Assembly (NCBI GenBank): GCA_024346625.1
Contig: AP024667.1
Coordinates: 124,001 to 188,000, forward strand
Source of the DNA: Williopsis jadinii
Lineage: Eukaryota
Reading direction: 5' to 3'
DNA: 64,000 nucleotides
The position numbers and the translations under genes were made by a program. Positions within the stretch are counted from its first letter, which is position 1, and every line of letters starts with the position of its first letter. Below, one piece after another: positions 53,284-64,000 of the stretch. The notes under the pieces were generated by a model. The model was not told the origin of the DNA and searched no databases. It worked only from the letters and a program-made list of their open reading frames with translations.

Positions 53284-56200
53284 ATGAGTCTCTTCTACGC
53301 TGGAAAGGACGCCATTGGCCAAATGCTCGGGTCCTTTGGTTCTGGCCAGCTGCCGCTACGTGAAGATGTGGTTGATGGCCATCCTCAGCAGGCTCAGCAG
53401 AGAGCCGCTGTGGGTGTTAGCTACGCGGTCGAGCCTTCTGTCGGAAACAGCTCGTACTGTGACGTTGTGTGTGATGATAAAGAGGGCTGGGGCCCGGTTT
53501 CCCCGGTGTATGCTGACTTGACGATGTGCTTCCTCAACGGAGCGCTGCTGTCTACGTTGAACGCGCTGTTCATCGTGCTTGCGATCCACGATATCCGTCG
53601 CATCACAGGCGCGAGGGGCGTGAAGTACAGAAAGAACTGGAGCTACTATGCCAGGATGATCCTCGTCTTGTTCCAGCTGTCGTTGGCCGCTGTGTATACT
53701 TACAACTTGGTTCCATCTCTGGACTCGTACTTGAACGTTGATTTCATACAGTCATCATTACAAATTGCCGCCTTGTTGCTTGGTGTGGCCTTGAACCATC
53801 TCGATTACGTCTATTCGAGGATCACGTCGACAGTTGTGCTGCTCTACTGGTTCTTCAGCGCATTCTTGGGGTTCCTAAAGATGCTCAACATGCTGTGGAG
53901 ACATGAAGTCCACGATAACTTCACCGTCCAGGTCTTCCTCTTCATCAACGCGGTGTTCACGCTGTTGGTGTGCTGGATGCCCATCAAACCGCAAACTTAT
54001 CACCCAGTGGATAAGGAAAACCCATTCGACAATGCAGATGTGTTCTCTGTGATGACATTCTCTTGGATGACCCCGCTGATGAAGCTGGGTTACAAGCAAT
54101 ATCTGACCGAGGATGATTTGCCACCTCTACCTCGTTCTTTCAAATCCGGTTACCTCTCAGAAGTTTTCGAAGAGCACTGGAATAAGCAGCTGAAAAAATC
54201 TAATCCTTCGTTGGGTTGGTCCATTTTGGTGACTTTTGGTCCACGTATCGTGTTAGGCGGAATGTTCAAAGCCATCCAAGACATCTTACAATTCTCTCAA
54301 CCACTGATGTTGAGATATTTGATTCAATTCGTGAATGTCTATAACTCTGAACAATCACAGCCAATCACTAGAGGTGTTTCGTTGGTTATTGCAATGTTTA
54401 TCATCTCAGTTTCTCAAACTGCTCTGTTACATCAGTACTTTTGGAATATCTTTAACGTTGGAATGAACGTCAAATCATCCTTGATTGCCACCATCTACAA
54501 AAAGGCATTGAAATTGTCCAACGAGGCTAGAGGTGAAAAGGCAACTGGTGATATCGTCAACTTGATGTCCGTTGATACCCAGAGATTGGCTGATTTATCC
54601 AACGTGGGGTCAATCATTTGGTCTGGTCCATTCCAAATCATCTTATGCTTGGTTTCATTACACAGCTTGTTGGGAAATTCTATGTGGGTTGGTGTTGTTG
54701 TCATGTTAATCCTCATCCCTCTGAATTCTTACTTCACAAAATATATCAAAACGTTGCAAAAATCCCAGATGAAAAATAAAGATGAAAGAACTCGTGTCAT
54801 TGCAGAAATTCTTAACAATATAAAATCTTTGAAGTTATATGGTTGGGAAAAGCCTTACAAGGCTAAGTTAAACCATGTTAGAAATGAAAAGGAACTGAAG
54901 AACTTGATCAAGATGAGTAAGGTGCAAGCATACTTGAGTGGTCAATGGATGATGGCTCCTTTCTTAGTGTCTTGTTCAACATTTGCAGCATTTATCTGGT
55001 TGGAGAATAAACCACTGACCACTGATTTGGTGTTCCCAGCTCTAACTTTGTTCAACTTGTTACAATTCCCATTGGCCGTTATCCCAATGGCGATCACCTC
55101 TTTCATCGAAGCCCAAGTCGCTATTGGCAGATTGTCATCATTTTTGAGATCTGAAGAGTTGCAACCAGATGCCGTCACACATTTAGAGAAGGCAAAAAGA
55201 GTTGGTGATGTCTCTGTGGAGATAAAAGATGGTACTTTCCTATGGCAACGTAAGCCAGAATACAAGATTGCCTTGGACAAAATCAATTTTCTGGCCAAGA
55301 AGGGGGAATTATCATGTATTGTAGGTAGAGTGGGCTCTGGTAAATCGGCTTTGATCCAGAGCATCTTGGGTGATCTCAATAGAATTAATGGTTCTGTCAC
55401 TATTCATGGTGAAATTGCCTATGTTGCACAAGTTCCTTGGATTATGAACGGTACAGTCAGGGAGAACATTCTCTTTGGTCATAGATATGATCCTGTGTTT
55501 TATGAAAAGACTGTGAAAGCGTGCGCTTTGACTGTGGATTTTGCCATCCTAAAGGATGGCGACCACACGCTCGTCGGTGAAAAGGGTATTTCTCTTTCTG
55601 GAGGTCAGAAGGCCAGAATCTCCCTGGCAAGAGCAGTTTATGCTAGGGCAGACGTCTACTTATTCGATGATCCTTTAGCTGCGGTTGATGAACATGTTGG
55701 TAAGCACCTTGTGAACCATGTTTTGGGTCCTCAGGGCTTGCTAAGCTCAAAATGTAAAGTCCTTGCTACAAACAAGATTTCCGTTCTTTCTATTGCCAAT
55801 AACATCACTCTTATGCAAGATGGAAGCATCACCCAACAAGGTACCTATGATCAAATCATGAGTGCACCGGGCTCTGTTTTGTCTCAACTCATCACCGAAT
55901 ACGGTGAAAAGAAAGCTGAGAGTGAAGGGTTTAAAGAAGAAGAAATTGACGTGGAAAATTTGGTCTCTGAAGAATCCTCTGAGGCTGGAGATATATCCGA
56001 TGCGTTAAGTTTAAGAAGAGCAAGTTCTGTGACTCTCAAGTCGATCAGATTTGCTGACGATGATGTTGCACAGGAACGTAAGGAACATCGTGAACAAGGT
56101 AAAGTGAAATGGTCTGTCTACAAGGATTATATCCAAGCCTGTAATCCTAGATATTGTTGCCTCTGTTTGGGTGCAATAATTGCAGCACAAATCCTTAGTA

Positions 56201-57864
56201 TTGTCAGTTCTGTTTGGTTAAAATACTGGTCTGAAATCAACGGTGATGATAACTCCAACCCACATGCATGGATCTATTTGGGTATTTATTTCGTAATTGG
56301 TCTTGGAACTTCTCTTGTTTACATATTCCAAATGATTACCCTGTGGCAATACTGTTCTATTGAAGGTTCGAAGAAGTTGCATTCTGATATGATTGACAGT
56401 GTGATGAGAGCCCCAATGCAATTCTTTGAGACCACTCCAATTGGAAGAATTTTGAACAGATTCTCAAATGATATTTACAAGATTGATGAAGTGCTCGCAA
56501 GAACTATTGCACAGTTTGTTGCAAACTCCTTAAAGGTCGGTTTCACCATTCTTGTCATTTGTTATTCTACATGGCAATTTATTCTGATCATTATTCCTTT
56601 GTTGTTCCTCTATATGAACTACCAGCAGTATTATATGAGAACTTCTCGTGAATTGAGAAGATTGGACTCTGTTACACGTTCTCCAGTCTTTGCACACTTC
56701 CAGGAAACAATTACAGGAACGTCCACAATCAGAGGTTTCGGACAACAGGATAGATTCAAGCACATCAACCAATCACACGTTGACAATAACATGAGTGCTT
56801 ACTTTCCTACTGTCAACTCCAACCGTTGGTTAGCTGTTAGATTGGAGTTCATAGGATCTGTGATTATCCTGGCAGCAGCAGGTTTGTCCATTTTCACTTT
56901 GAAATTCGGTACTATTTCGGCTGGTCTCGTTGGTTTGTCCGTTTCTTACTCGCTTCAGATCACCCAATCTTTGAATTGGATTGTCAGAATGACTGTTGAG
57001 GTTGAAACTAACATTGTTGCAGTGGAGAGAGTTAAGGAATATAGCATCTTGAAACCTGAAGCACCAGAAATTGTTGAGCCACGTCCAAAATCCACGTGGC
57101 CAGAGCACGGTAAGATTGAATTCAAGAACTACTCCACACGTTATAGAGAAGGATTAGACCTTGTATTGAAGAACATCAACTTGTCTATTAATCCGAAGGA
57201 GAAAGTTGGTATCGTTGGAAGAACTGGTGCTGGTAAGTCATCTTTGACTCTGGCTTTGTTTAGAATCATTGAAGCCACAAGTGGTGAAATTATCATTGAT
57301 GGTGTTCCAACGCAGACTGTTGGTTTGGAAGATCTTAGACATAAGCTTTCAATCATCCCTCAAGATTCCCAGGTGTTTGAAGGCACTGTTAGGGAAAACA
57401 TTGACCCTACAAATCAATTCACCGATGAACAAATATGGAATGCGCTGGAACTGTCACATCTGAAATCCCACATTGTCGGAATGAGTGATTCCAACGAAGG
57501 ATTGAACGTCAAGCTCAGTGAAGGAGGATCCAACTTATCAGTTGGGCAAAGACAACTGATGTGTCTTGCCAGGGCTTTGTTGATTCCATCAACAATATTG
57601 GTTTTGGACGAAGCAACTGCTGCAGTTGATGTTGAAACTGATGAGATTGTTCAAAAGACCATCAGAGATGAATTCAAAGATAGAACAATCCTGACGATTG
57701 CGCATAGACTAAACACCATCATGGATAGCGATCGTATCGTTGTTTTAGAAAAGGGTGAAATCAAGGAGTTTGATACCCCAGAAAACCTGTTAAAGAACAA
57801 GGATGGGTTGTTCTACTCCCTCGTGAATGCACACGAATCTGACGGCAACGACAAGGATGCTTGA
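53284..57864 (+). CDS. YCF1: Vacuolar ABCC glutathione-conjugate transporter
   Basis: TMD0 plus two TMD/NBD halves (GRVGSGKS, LSGGQ, GRTGAGKS, LSVGQ) and the regulatory LRRAS motif. Confidence 0.92.
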   Translation: MSLFYAGKDAIGQMLGSFGSGQLPLREDVVDGHPQQAQQRAAVGVSYAVEPSVGNSSYCDVVCDDKEGWGPVSPVYADLTMCFLNGALLSTLNALFIVLAIHDIRRITGARGVKYRKNWSYYARMILVLFQLSLAAVYTYNLVPSLDSYLNVDFIQSSLQIAALLLGVALNHLDYVYSRITSTVVLLYWFFSAFLGFLKMLNMLWRHEVHDNFTVQVFLFINAVFTLLVCWMPIKPQTYHPVDKENPFDNADVFSVMTFSWMTPLMKLGYKQYLTEDDLPPLPRSFKSGYLSEVFEEHWNKQLKKSNPSLGWSILVTFGPRIVLGGMFKAIQDILQFSQPLMLRYLIQFVNVYNSEQSQPITRGVSLVIAMFIISVSQTALLHQYFWNIFNVGMNVKSSLIATIYKKALKLSNEARGEKATGDIVNLMSVDTQRLADLSNVGSIIWSGPFQIILCLVSLHSLLGNSMWVGVVVMLILIPLNSYFTKYIKTLQKSQMKNKDERTRVIAEILNNIKSLKLYGWEKPYKAKLNHVRNEKELKNLIKMSKVQAYLSGQWMMAPFLVSCSTFAAFIWLENKPLTTDLVFPALTLFNLLQFPLAVIPMAITSFIEAQVAIGRLSSFLRSEELQPDAVTHLEKAKRVGDVSVEIKDGTFLWQRKPEYKIALDKINFLAKKGELSCIVGRVGSGKSALIQSILGDLNRINGSVTIHGEIAYVAQVPWIMNGTVRENILFGHRYDPVFYEKTVKACALTVDFAILKDGDHTLVGEKGISLSGGQKARISLARAVYARADVYLFDDPLAAVDEHVGKHLVNHVLGPQGLLSSKCKVLATNKISVLSIANNITLMQDGSITQQGTYDQIMSAPGSVLSQLITEYGEKKAESEGFKEEEIDVENLVSEESSEAGDISDALSLRRASSVTLKSIRFADDDVAQERKEHREQGKVKWSVYKDYIQACNPRYCCLCLGAIIAAQILSIVSSVWLKYWSEINGDDNSNPHAWIYLGIYFVIGLGTSLVYIFQMITLWQYCSIEGSKKLHSDMIDSVMRAPMQFFETTPIGRILNRFSNDIYKIDEVLARTIAQFVANSLKVGFTILVICYSTWQFILIIIPLLFLYMNYQQYYMRTSRELRRLDSVTRSPVFAHFQETITGTSTIRGFGQQDRFKHINQSHVDNNMSAYFPTVNSNRWLAVRLEFIGSVIILAAAGLSIFTLKFGTISAGLVGLSVSYSLQITQSLNWIVRMTVEVETNIVAVERVKEYSILKPEAPEIVEPRPKSTWPEHGKIEFKNYSTRYREGLDLVLKNINLSINPKEKVGIVGRTGAGKSSLTLALFRIIEATSGEIIIDGVPTQTVGLEDLRHKLSIIPQDSQVFEGTVRENIDPTNQFTDEQIWNALELSHLKSHIVGMSDSNEGLNVKLSEGGSNLSVGQRQLMCLARALLIPSTILVLDEATAAVDVETDEIVQKTIRDEFKDRTILTIAHRLNTIMDSDRIVVLEKGEIKEFDTPENLLKNKDGLFYSLVNAHESDGNDKDA

Positions 57865-58001
57865 AACAACCTGAACAGTCAAAAGTTTATAGAGTAATTA
57901 TTGGTTTCCTCCATGTTCTACGGCTGTATCGTTCGTTGTTAAAAGAAAGCTTTAAGCTACATAGTAACACATTAATTCCTCCTTTTCCCCTTCTCTTCAC
58001 A

Positions 58002-59054
58002 TCACTGTTGCATGTTATCCACCTGGTGGAAGTCCAAAATTTCAGAGTACATCATCACTCTCCAAGTGTCAATTGGTAACTCAGCATCGTTAAAACTCCA
58101 ATCAAACTTCTCCTCTGCTACTGGCTCATCCGAAGGGTCATGGTAAGGAGCCAAATACGGATGTTCCAATATCTCAGCAGCGGTGATTCTCTTCTTCGGG
58201 TCAAACACAAGCATCTTCTCCAAAAGGTCTATAGCTTCAGGCTCAACACCTTTAAATCTCTCGGTTAATGGAACAGGGTCTCTATGAGGTAATGACTTGA
58301 CAAATCTCAAGGTGTTTTCAGAAGCGATTGTATCGATAACGTCTGCTGGTGGTGTTCCCAGCAGTTCTGTGATTATAGAGAATTGGTGGACGTGATCTTT
58401 ACCTGGGAACAGAGGTTTACCTTCAATCATTTCAGCAAATATACAACCAGCAGACCATATGTCCACCTCTGTATCATATTTCTGCCATGTCAGCATGATC
58501 TCTGGAGCCCTGTAGTATCTCGTGGATACGTAACCGGTCATTTGTGGGTCTTGGACTCTTGCGAGTCCGAAATCGCAAATCTTCAAATCACAGTTCTCAT
58601 TGATCAGGATGTTTGAAGGTTTCAGATCACGATGAATGACACCGGCTGAGTGGACATACTTCAACCCTCTAATGATCTGATAGAGGAAGTACTGGATGAA
58701 CTGCTTTTCAAGAGGACGAGACGTTAACAAACGGTGCAAATCAGTACCTTGTAACTCCGTGACGAAATAGATATCCTCCAATGGTGATAGAAATATATCC
58801 TCAAGGGTGATCAGGTTCTCATGGCGTAGATGTTTTAACAGCTTGAGCTCACGGTACGTTCTCTTAGCCAACACCGGCGTGGAAAACGGTTTCATGATCT
58901 TCTTAATAGCAACGTTCTGGTCTGTAAGCTTATCCCTGGCTGAGCACACCAACCCAAACGCCCCCATTCCAACTGGATTGAGATCTGTATATCTATTAGT
59001 GATCTCAAAGACCGTACCAAAGATCTGTGTTCTGACGAATTCTTCCTGTGACAT
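58002..59054 (-). CDS. HOG1: Osmostress MAP kinase
   Basis: [19 protein letters not shown], a TGY activation loop and [14 protein letters not shown]. Confidence 0.98.
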   Translation of the reverse strand: MSQEEFVRTQIFGTVFEITNRYTDLNPVGMGAFGLVCSARDKLTDQNVAIKKIMKPFSTPVLAKRTYRELKLLKHLRHENLITLEDIFLSPLEDIYFVTELQGTDLHRLLTSRPLEKQFIQYFLYQIIRGLKYVHSAGVIHRDLKPSNILINENCDLKICDFGLARVQDPQMTGYVSTRYYRAPEIMLTWQKYDTEVDIWSAGCIFAEMIEGKPLFPGKDHVHQFSIITELLGTPPADVIDTIASENTLRFVKSLPHRDPVPLTERFKGVEPEAIDLLEKMLVFDPKKRITAAEILEHPYLAPYHDPSDEPVAEEKFDWSFNDAELPIDTWRVMMYSEILDFHQVDNMQQ

Positions 59055-59347
59055 CGTTGCTAACAGCTATTGTTGCCCTTGAAGTGTCAATGTCGTTAAC
59101 TTTCGTGTGCTATTTGGAGCCAACAAGTGTGGTATTATGTGGAATCACGAGAGAATAACTGGTGTGTATTTTTTGCCCAAAAATGTCACAATTTCTGTAT
59201 CTATTGACAACAATTGGTGTTAATACCAGGGGAATTCAACTCAACTTCAAGTACCAAAGCAACAATTAATGGTCAAAATGCTGTTTTAAAGAAGAAGGGG
59301 GGGAAAAGAGAAAAGGGCTCAGCATTCGACGGGTTAAGGTTTACGTT

Positions 59348-59406
59348 GGTGTTGGGGTGTTGGGGTGTTGGGGTGTTGAAGTGTTGCCTCCTAGGTGTTC
59401 GGATGT
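59348..59406 (+). repeat. Telomere-like 8-bp tandem repeat (GGTGTTGG)n followed by GGTGTTCGGATGT
   Basis: Units start at 59348, 59356, 59364 and 59372, about 300 bp upstream of HOG1. Confidence 0.8.
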
Positions 59407-59469
59407 TTATAAACCCGCTTCCTCCTCCCCTCCGCAACCGCATTACTGGTGCTAGTGCAATTGGGCACG

Positions 59470-59565
59470 GTTATAAAGTGAAAACGCACTATGTAAACAA
59501 TTTAGATATCATTGTATAATTATGCATATAACTTGTGCAAAAGGCTCATGCGTTCACTTTATAAC
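59470..59565. repeat. Inverted repeat / hairpin
   Basis: GTTATAAAGTGAA(AA)CGCA ... TGCGTTCACTTTATAAC: 13 bp perfect plus 4 bp after a 2-nt bulge. Confidence 0.8.
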
Positions 59566-62500
59566 GTTAATCCATGTATAACGTACAAAATGAAGTAAGT
59601 TTATAACGGTTATGTATTCACTTGGACTACCGAGTTGGGACTGTTTAGTGGCGCATTCAACGTTTCATACCATGATAACTGATCGTCTATATTGTTAACT
59701 ATACGTCTACCAAGAAGAGTTGGTCAATTTCATCATCTTTTCAATGGATATTTTCTGATTCAGGAAAAAATAGACATGTCCATTTTATTTCTGAAATTTT
59801 ACTCTATTGATATGTAAACTTATACTTGAAAAATTCTCCTTAAACTTCAAAATCAACCTTTTTAAACGTTTAAAAAACCAGTAATGTCAAGTACACTACA
59901 TAGAATTTGATTATCTAGGCAAATTCAGCGATTCCTTATTGTATTACAACCAGTATTACCCATTCTACTCAAACCATGATCTTATTCCCATGTGGAGAGA
60001 GAGGGGACCTCGTCCCGAGCAAAAACAACATGCTGCAGCCCCATGTACACTGTGGGATTTTACGCGTTTGTCCGCGTGTTTACAAATTTTGCAAGATTTG
60101 TCCAAAGGCTTTGTTTGTTTTCCCGTTGCCACTGATCAAAGACTTGTTGCCATGGAGAAGATAGTTCATGTTTTGATTCCAATCACACCGGCGTTTAGGA
60201 TTCTAGATCGGCTCTATCAAATGCCCTGACTAAGTTCTTATTCAGATCAATTTGAATAACTCCCTGACTAACGATTATTCTTCGATCCGTTGGTGAACCG
60301 ACTTCCTCAATATTCACTTGTTATTGATTACACAACGTTAGAGCAATCGGATAGGTACAAATATTAGATGATAGGCAATGGAATTTTGTAGTTTCCCACA
60401 AACAAACAGGCAGGCCACACAGAATTTTTCATGCTCCATTCAGAAGTACAACTGTTTTGTTTTGATCGACGCATTGTTTTGAATACCATTCTCGAATCTG
60501 GGTCCGCCTTTACGCTACAAGCATTTACCCACCATGATGCTACTACAGTTATGTTTCTTGTTTTGTTTTTGTAAAACCATGTATCATGTACTAGAACGTT
60601 GTAGTGTGGGTATGTACACATGCAGACGTGATAAGCTTAGCTGTGGTGATGGGCTATTAGGCTCCTCTATGGGCTTTAGGGGGAAGAATTGATATTCACT
60701 ACGTAGGCTCCTGAATTGAAGGAGGGAAAAACAAAACAGACCCAGCTAAGTCTATCAATCAGCTAACAGGCACAATGTTACACATTGTTTTGTCTTTGAC
60801 TTGAGTGATAATATTATCCTAAGTTTGTATATACCAAAGTTGAAGGTCTTGACAGCAACATGATACTGGGGTTCTTTGAGACCACACCAAGGTTGACAAA
60901 CCACGGGCAGCTAACAGAGCGATCGCATTCAAATCATACGGTTCTATGTTTTTCATTTTATCAAGGATAAGCTCATGTATGGTTAAATTTGATCACCGCC
61001 GATCGCGACTCACTCAAAATTTGTTGAAAGACATCCAATTTGGGAAAAACAATAACAAAAGAGACGCGCGGAATTCAGAGAGAGGGCAAATGATCATGGT
61101 CTCGAAGTTTACAGCACTCAGGTGGTCAGACTCAACTTTAAAACACGAGGTGATAGGACAAACGCGGTACTCTGAACACAGTTATTGTGTTTTGAAGGGC
61201 TTGTCAAACATATGGTCCATCAAGTTGTAATTTCATTGAACTGACCTTTGATTGTCCACCAGCTCCACTATGAATTAATTCCCTAGGTATAGTGCTATCC
61301 ATGGAAGCCCTCCATATGTGGCTCATGTCTGTACAGTAGTGGAGCCTGTTCTCATATTTACGCGTGCCCTGAGCATATGTGGTCATGATGTCTCTCCGAA
61401 CTGCTCGGACAAAAAACGTACATGCGATGTGTTGCGCTGGGCGTTTGTCCGATTGTTTTTTTCGCAAATGTGGTACCTACTGGGCTGTGGTGTTCATTTC
61501 CCAGCTTCAATCGGTCAGCTTCTAATTCGTATGCGGCGATCAAACTTCACAGTGGATCGTGTGTGTTGATGATGATGATCTGTTACTGTACTATACATAT
61601 GTAACCACAGTTAAATAGAATTCTAACCTTTAGCTGTCCGCTTGTCCATGTGATCCCACAGAGCCCACGTTCAATATAATGGTCCCTTCTTGTACAAACA
61701 CAGTGTGGAATGTATTGGTACTTGCATGAGTAAATGATAATAGATAGGTTTTCCGAACTTGTGAAATACCAATAGACATAGTGTTCTAAGCTAGCTCAGA
61801 TATGACTTTCAAGTCATTACCTGCCACTAAGTAGTTTAGACTATCATTTAATGTATCAAGTGCGCCATATGGCTAAATTCCTTTGCAAAGGAGTTCTGGA
61901 TAAGAAGCTTAAAGTTTGTTACACCGCCAACGTTTCTAATCCTGTTGGATGAGTAAGCCGAAAGGATTTCAGCTTCGCGGTGTTTACGAGGGAGTCAAGG
62001 CTGGTGGCGTTTCCACGGTCGAAACTTTAACCTTGTGTAGATATGTGTCCCGCTTAGATTTGTGCTTTGTGAGTGTGAGCGTGAATCGTGCGGCACACGG
62101 CCGCCCCAAAAGAGTCATGTCCAGCAACATACGCGACCTGAACAGGAAAAAGGAAGAAAAACAAAACTGCAAATTTTTGCTGGTTGAAGTTGCCGCCTTG
62201 GAAAAAAAGGCAAAGAGGACGAGATATTCAAGAGACGCTGAGGGGGTAAAATTGTTGATTGACTTTGGATGCCTAACATTCCTAAGATCTAAACGTTGAT
62301 ATAACGTAGATCCAAAGAATATGTATGGGTTAGCGACTCAACCAATAATCAATAGCCTTGGACACATTTGGTTCCTGCTGTAGATTCTAATTTTGTTTCC
62401 CCTGCTCGGAACAGACATGACAGTACGGTTAGAATTTCACCGCCCAGAGAAGACAGACGTTTCTATTCTTAGACATACGAATATTATACAGGACGACGGA

Positions 62501-63703
62501 TATGCAGTGCAAAGGGCATTGAGAACATCTTAAGACATCTCTACGCAGGTGAGAGTGCTGGGTTTCTTCACCAAGCAAATGAGATCACACGCGCTGGTTT
62601 GAATAGTTGAACATTTGTAACTTATTGACACCGTACCCGCGTGTCATGTTTCAACGAGCCGTGTACTAGCTGTTTTAGGCAGAAAGCCTTGGTAGGGCTA
62701 TCCAGCCATCGGATCTATCATCAAGTGTACGTTGAGTACTGAAAGGGCTATAGTCCATGGAGGTTTGGTGAGTAGTCAACACTAAGGTCTCATATATATA
62801 CACTTAATACTACGAGTGAGCAAAGAAGAGTGATGGCTTTGAATGGGAAACTAGCGAACAATACGGCCGGCGAACAAAAGCGAAAAATCGCAAGTTTATT
62901 GATACTAGTGTAAGCTTCGTGATCACAAACGTTTTAACACGGCTAATGGCCCTAGCACTTCTCAAACGGAAGATAATCTTGGATCATAATCAGTGATTGT
63001 TGGTTCATGCCTGATTACGATTAACTGTATTCCGATCCCATCATCTACAGATGGATTCTCGAATTCTAACAACCCTTCAGCCCAGCAAACTTAAAAAATT
63101 ACGACAGTTTCCTAAAATAGAGACTACCATAACACCGGAACGTTAATATAATAGCGTTAATTTTATTTGGTGAACAGCTGAAGAGGGCAACTTCCGAGCC
63201 AACATCCAGATTCCAACCTCTAAGCGTTACTGGAAAAAATTTTTCTAACTCCCATGAGTAAGACTCTACAGCCTTTCTATTTTCTGCTCTGTTGTTGCTT
63301 CCGCTTCCAATGTTTTCGTCTTATCAACTGCAAGAATGGAAAACTTTGGGACAAAATTTTCACCAGCCCATGTGTCCCGTCTTACTCTTTTGAGAAGGCT
63401 GCGCGCCCAAAAAGGAAAGAGGACCGTACACCACAGGGATTTTCGTGCATGTCTTGCATAAAAGCTCATGCGAGAAGAAGTGTAAACAACATATGTACAG
63501 TCCAGAGAGAGATTTGCCATATGCGAGCATGTACAACCATACCTTGAACTGATATAGATTGATGAATTGATTCCCCCTTAAGATCAATCAGAAGGAGAAA
63601 AAAAAAACTATAAGAGCAGGCCTTCATCCTGTTTTTCAACAGTTCAGCTTCTGCTCTTTTTTCCTTTCTTCATCAACCAACTACTTACATTCGCTCGATC
63701 ATA

Positions 63704-64000
63704 ATGCAATTCTCTACTTTCGCTGCCGCTGCTGCCATTGCCTCCGTCGCTGTTGCTGACTACGCCAACGTTACCTCTACTGCTGAGGTTTACTCTAACA
63801 CCACCACCGTCATCACCATCACTTCCTGTGATGAGGTCTGTACCGAGGTTCCAGTCACCACCGGTGTCACTGTTATCACTGAGACCATCGAGGGTGTTGT
63901 TACTGAGTACACTACCTACTGCCCACTCTCCACCGAGGAGACTCCAGCTACCGTTGCTCCAACCACCGTTGCTCCAGCTACTGAGGAGACTTCTACTGTC
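63704..64000 (+). CDS. Ser/Thr-rich cell wall mannoprotein with a flocculin type-3 repeat (Ccw12/Pga59-like), truncated by the window end
   Basis: [18 protein letters not shown] signal, [15 protein letters not shown]...[10 protein letters not shown], strongly biased codons and TATAAGA at 63609. It is divergent from HOG1, like S. cerevisiae CCW12. Absent from the ORF track. Confidence 0.88.
   Translation, partial: MQFSTFAAAAAIASVAVADYANVTSTAEVYSNTTTVITITSCDEVCTEVPVTTGVTVITETIEGVVTEYTTYCPLSTEETPATVAPTTVAPATEETSTV

Noticed and set aside
61949..62299. 116-aa ORF in the HOG1 / cell-wall-gene gap
   Set aside because: No homology cues; likely a chance ORF.

Overview
Gene-dense budding-yeast (Saccharomycotina) chromosomal segment. 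It uses the standard nuclear code (CTG is read at a conserved Leu in HOG1, ELKLLKH) and has short spliceosomal introns. A Cyberlindnera/Wickerhamomyces-like origin is an inference only. About 29 protein-coding genes are recognisable: PMI40, a dynactin p25-like gene, a spliced degenerate Arf-like GTPase, NTF2 (3 introns), AIM21, GAS5-like, HAP43/HapX, PET127, ANY1, YEA4, EPS1, WOR1/MIT1, YIA6, ADI1, SCC4-like, TPS2, RAD55, RRG7, PPH3, an ATO/ADY2-family gene, SLX4, two tandem VPS70-like M28 peptidases, ATP20, ROK1, MRPL15, YCF1, HOG1 and the 5' part of a CCW12-like cell-wall gene. There are two long gene-free gaps (19.7-26.3 kb and 59.1-63.7 kb). I found no tRNA, rRNA, CRISPR array or intact transposon. 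Most notable: (1) an intron-split Arf-like probable pseudo-GTPase that overlaps the dynactin p25 gene tail-to-tail; (2) tandem M28 peptidases with different predicted targeting and gene-conversion tracts; (3) a 6.6 kb gap among genes that are centromere-linked in S. cerevisiae, also carrying clustered Wor1-type sites; (4) several striking promoter motif arrays. Gene names and synteny come from my recall of the families, not from database searches.
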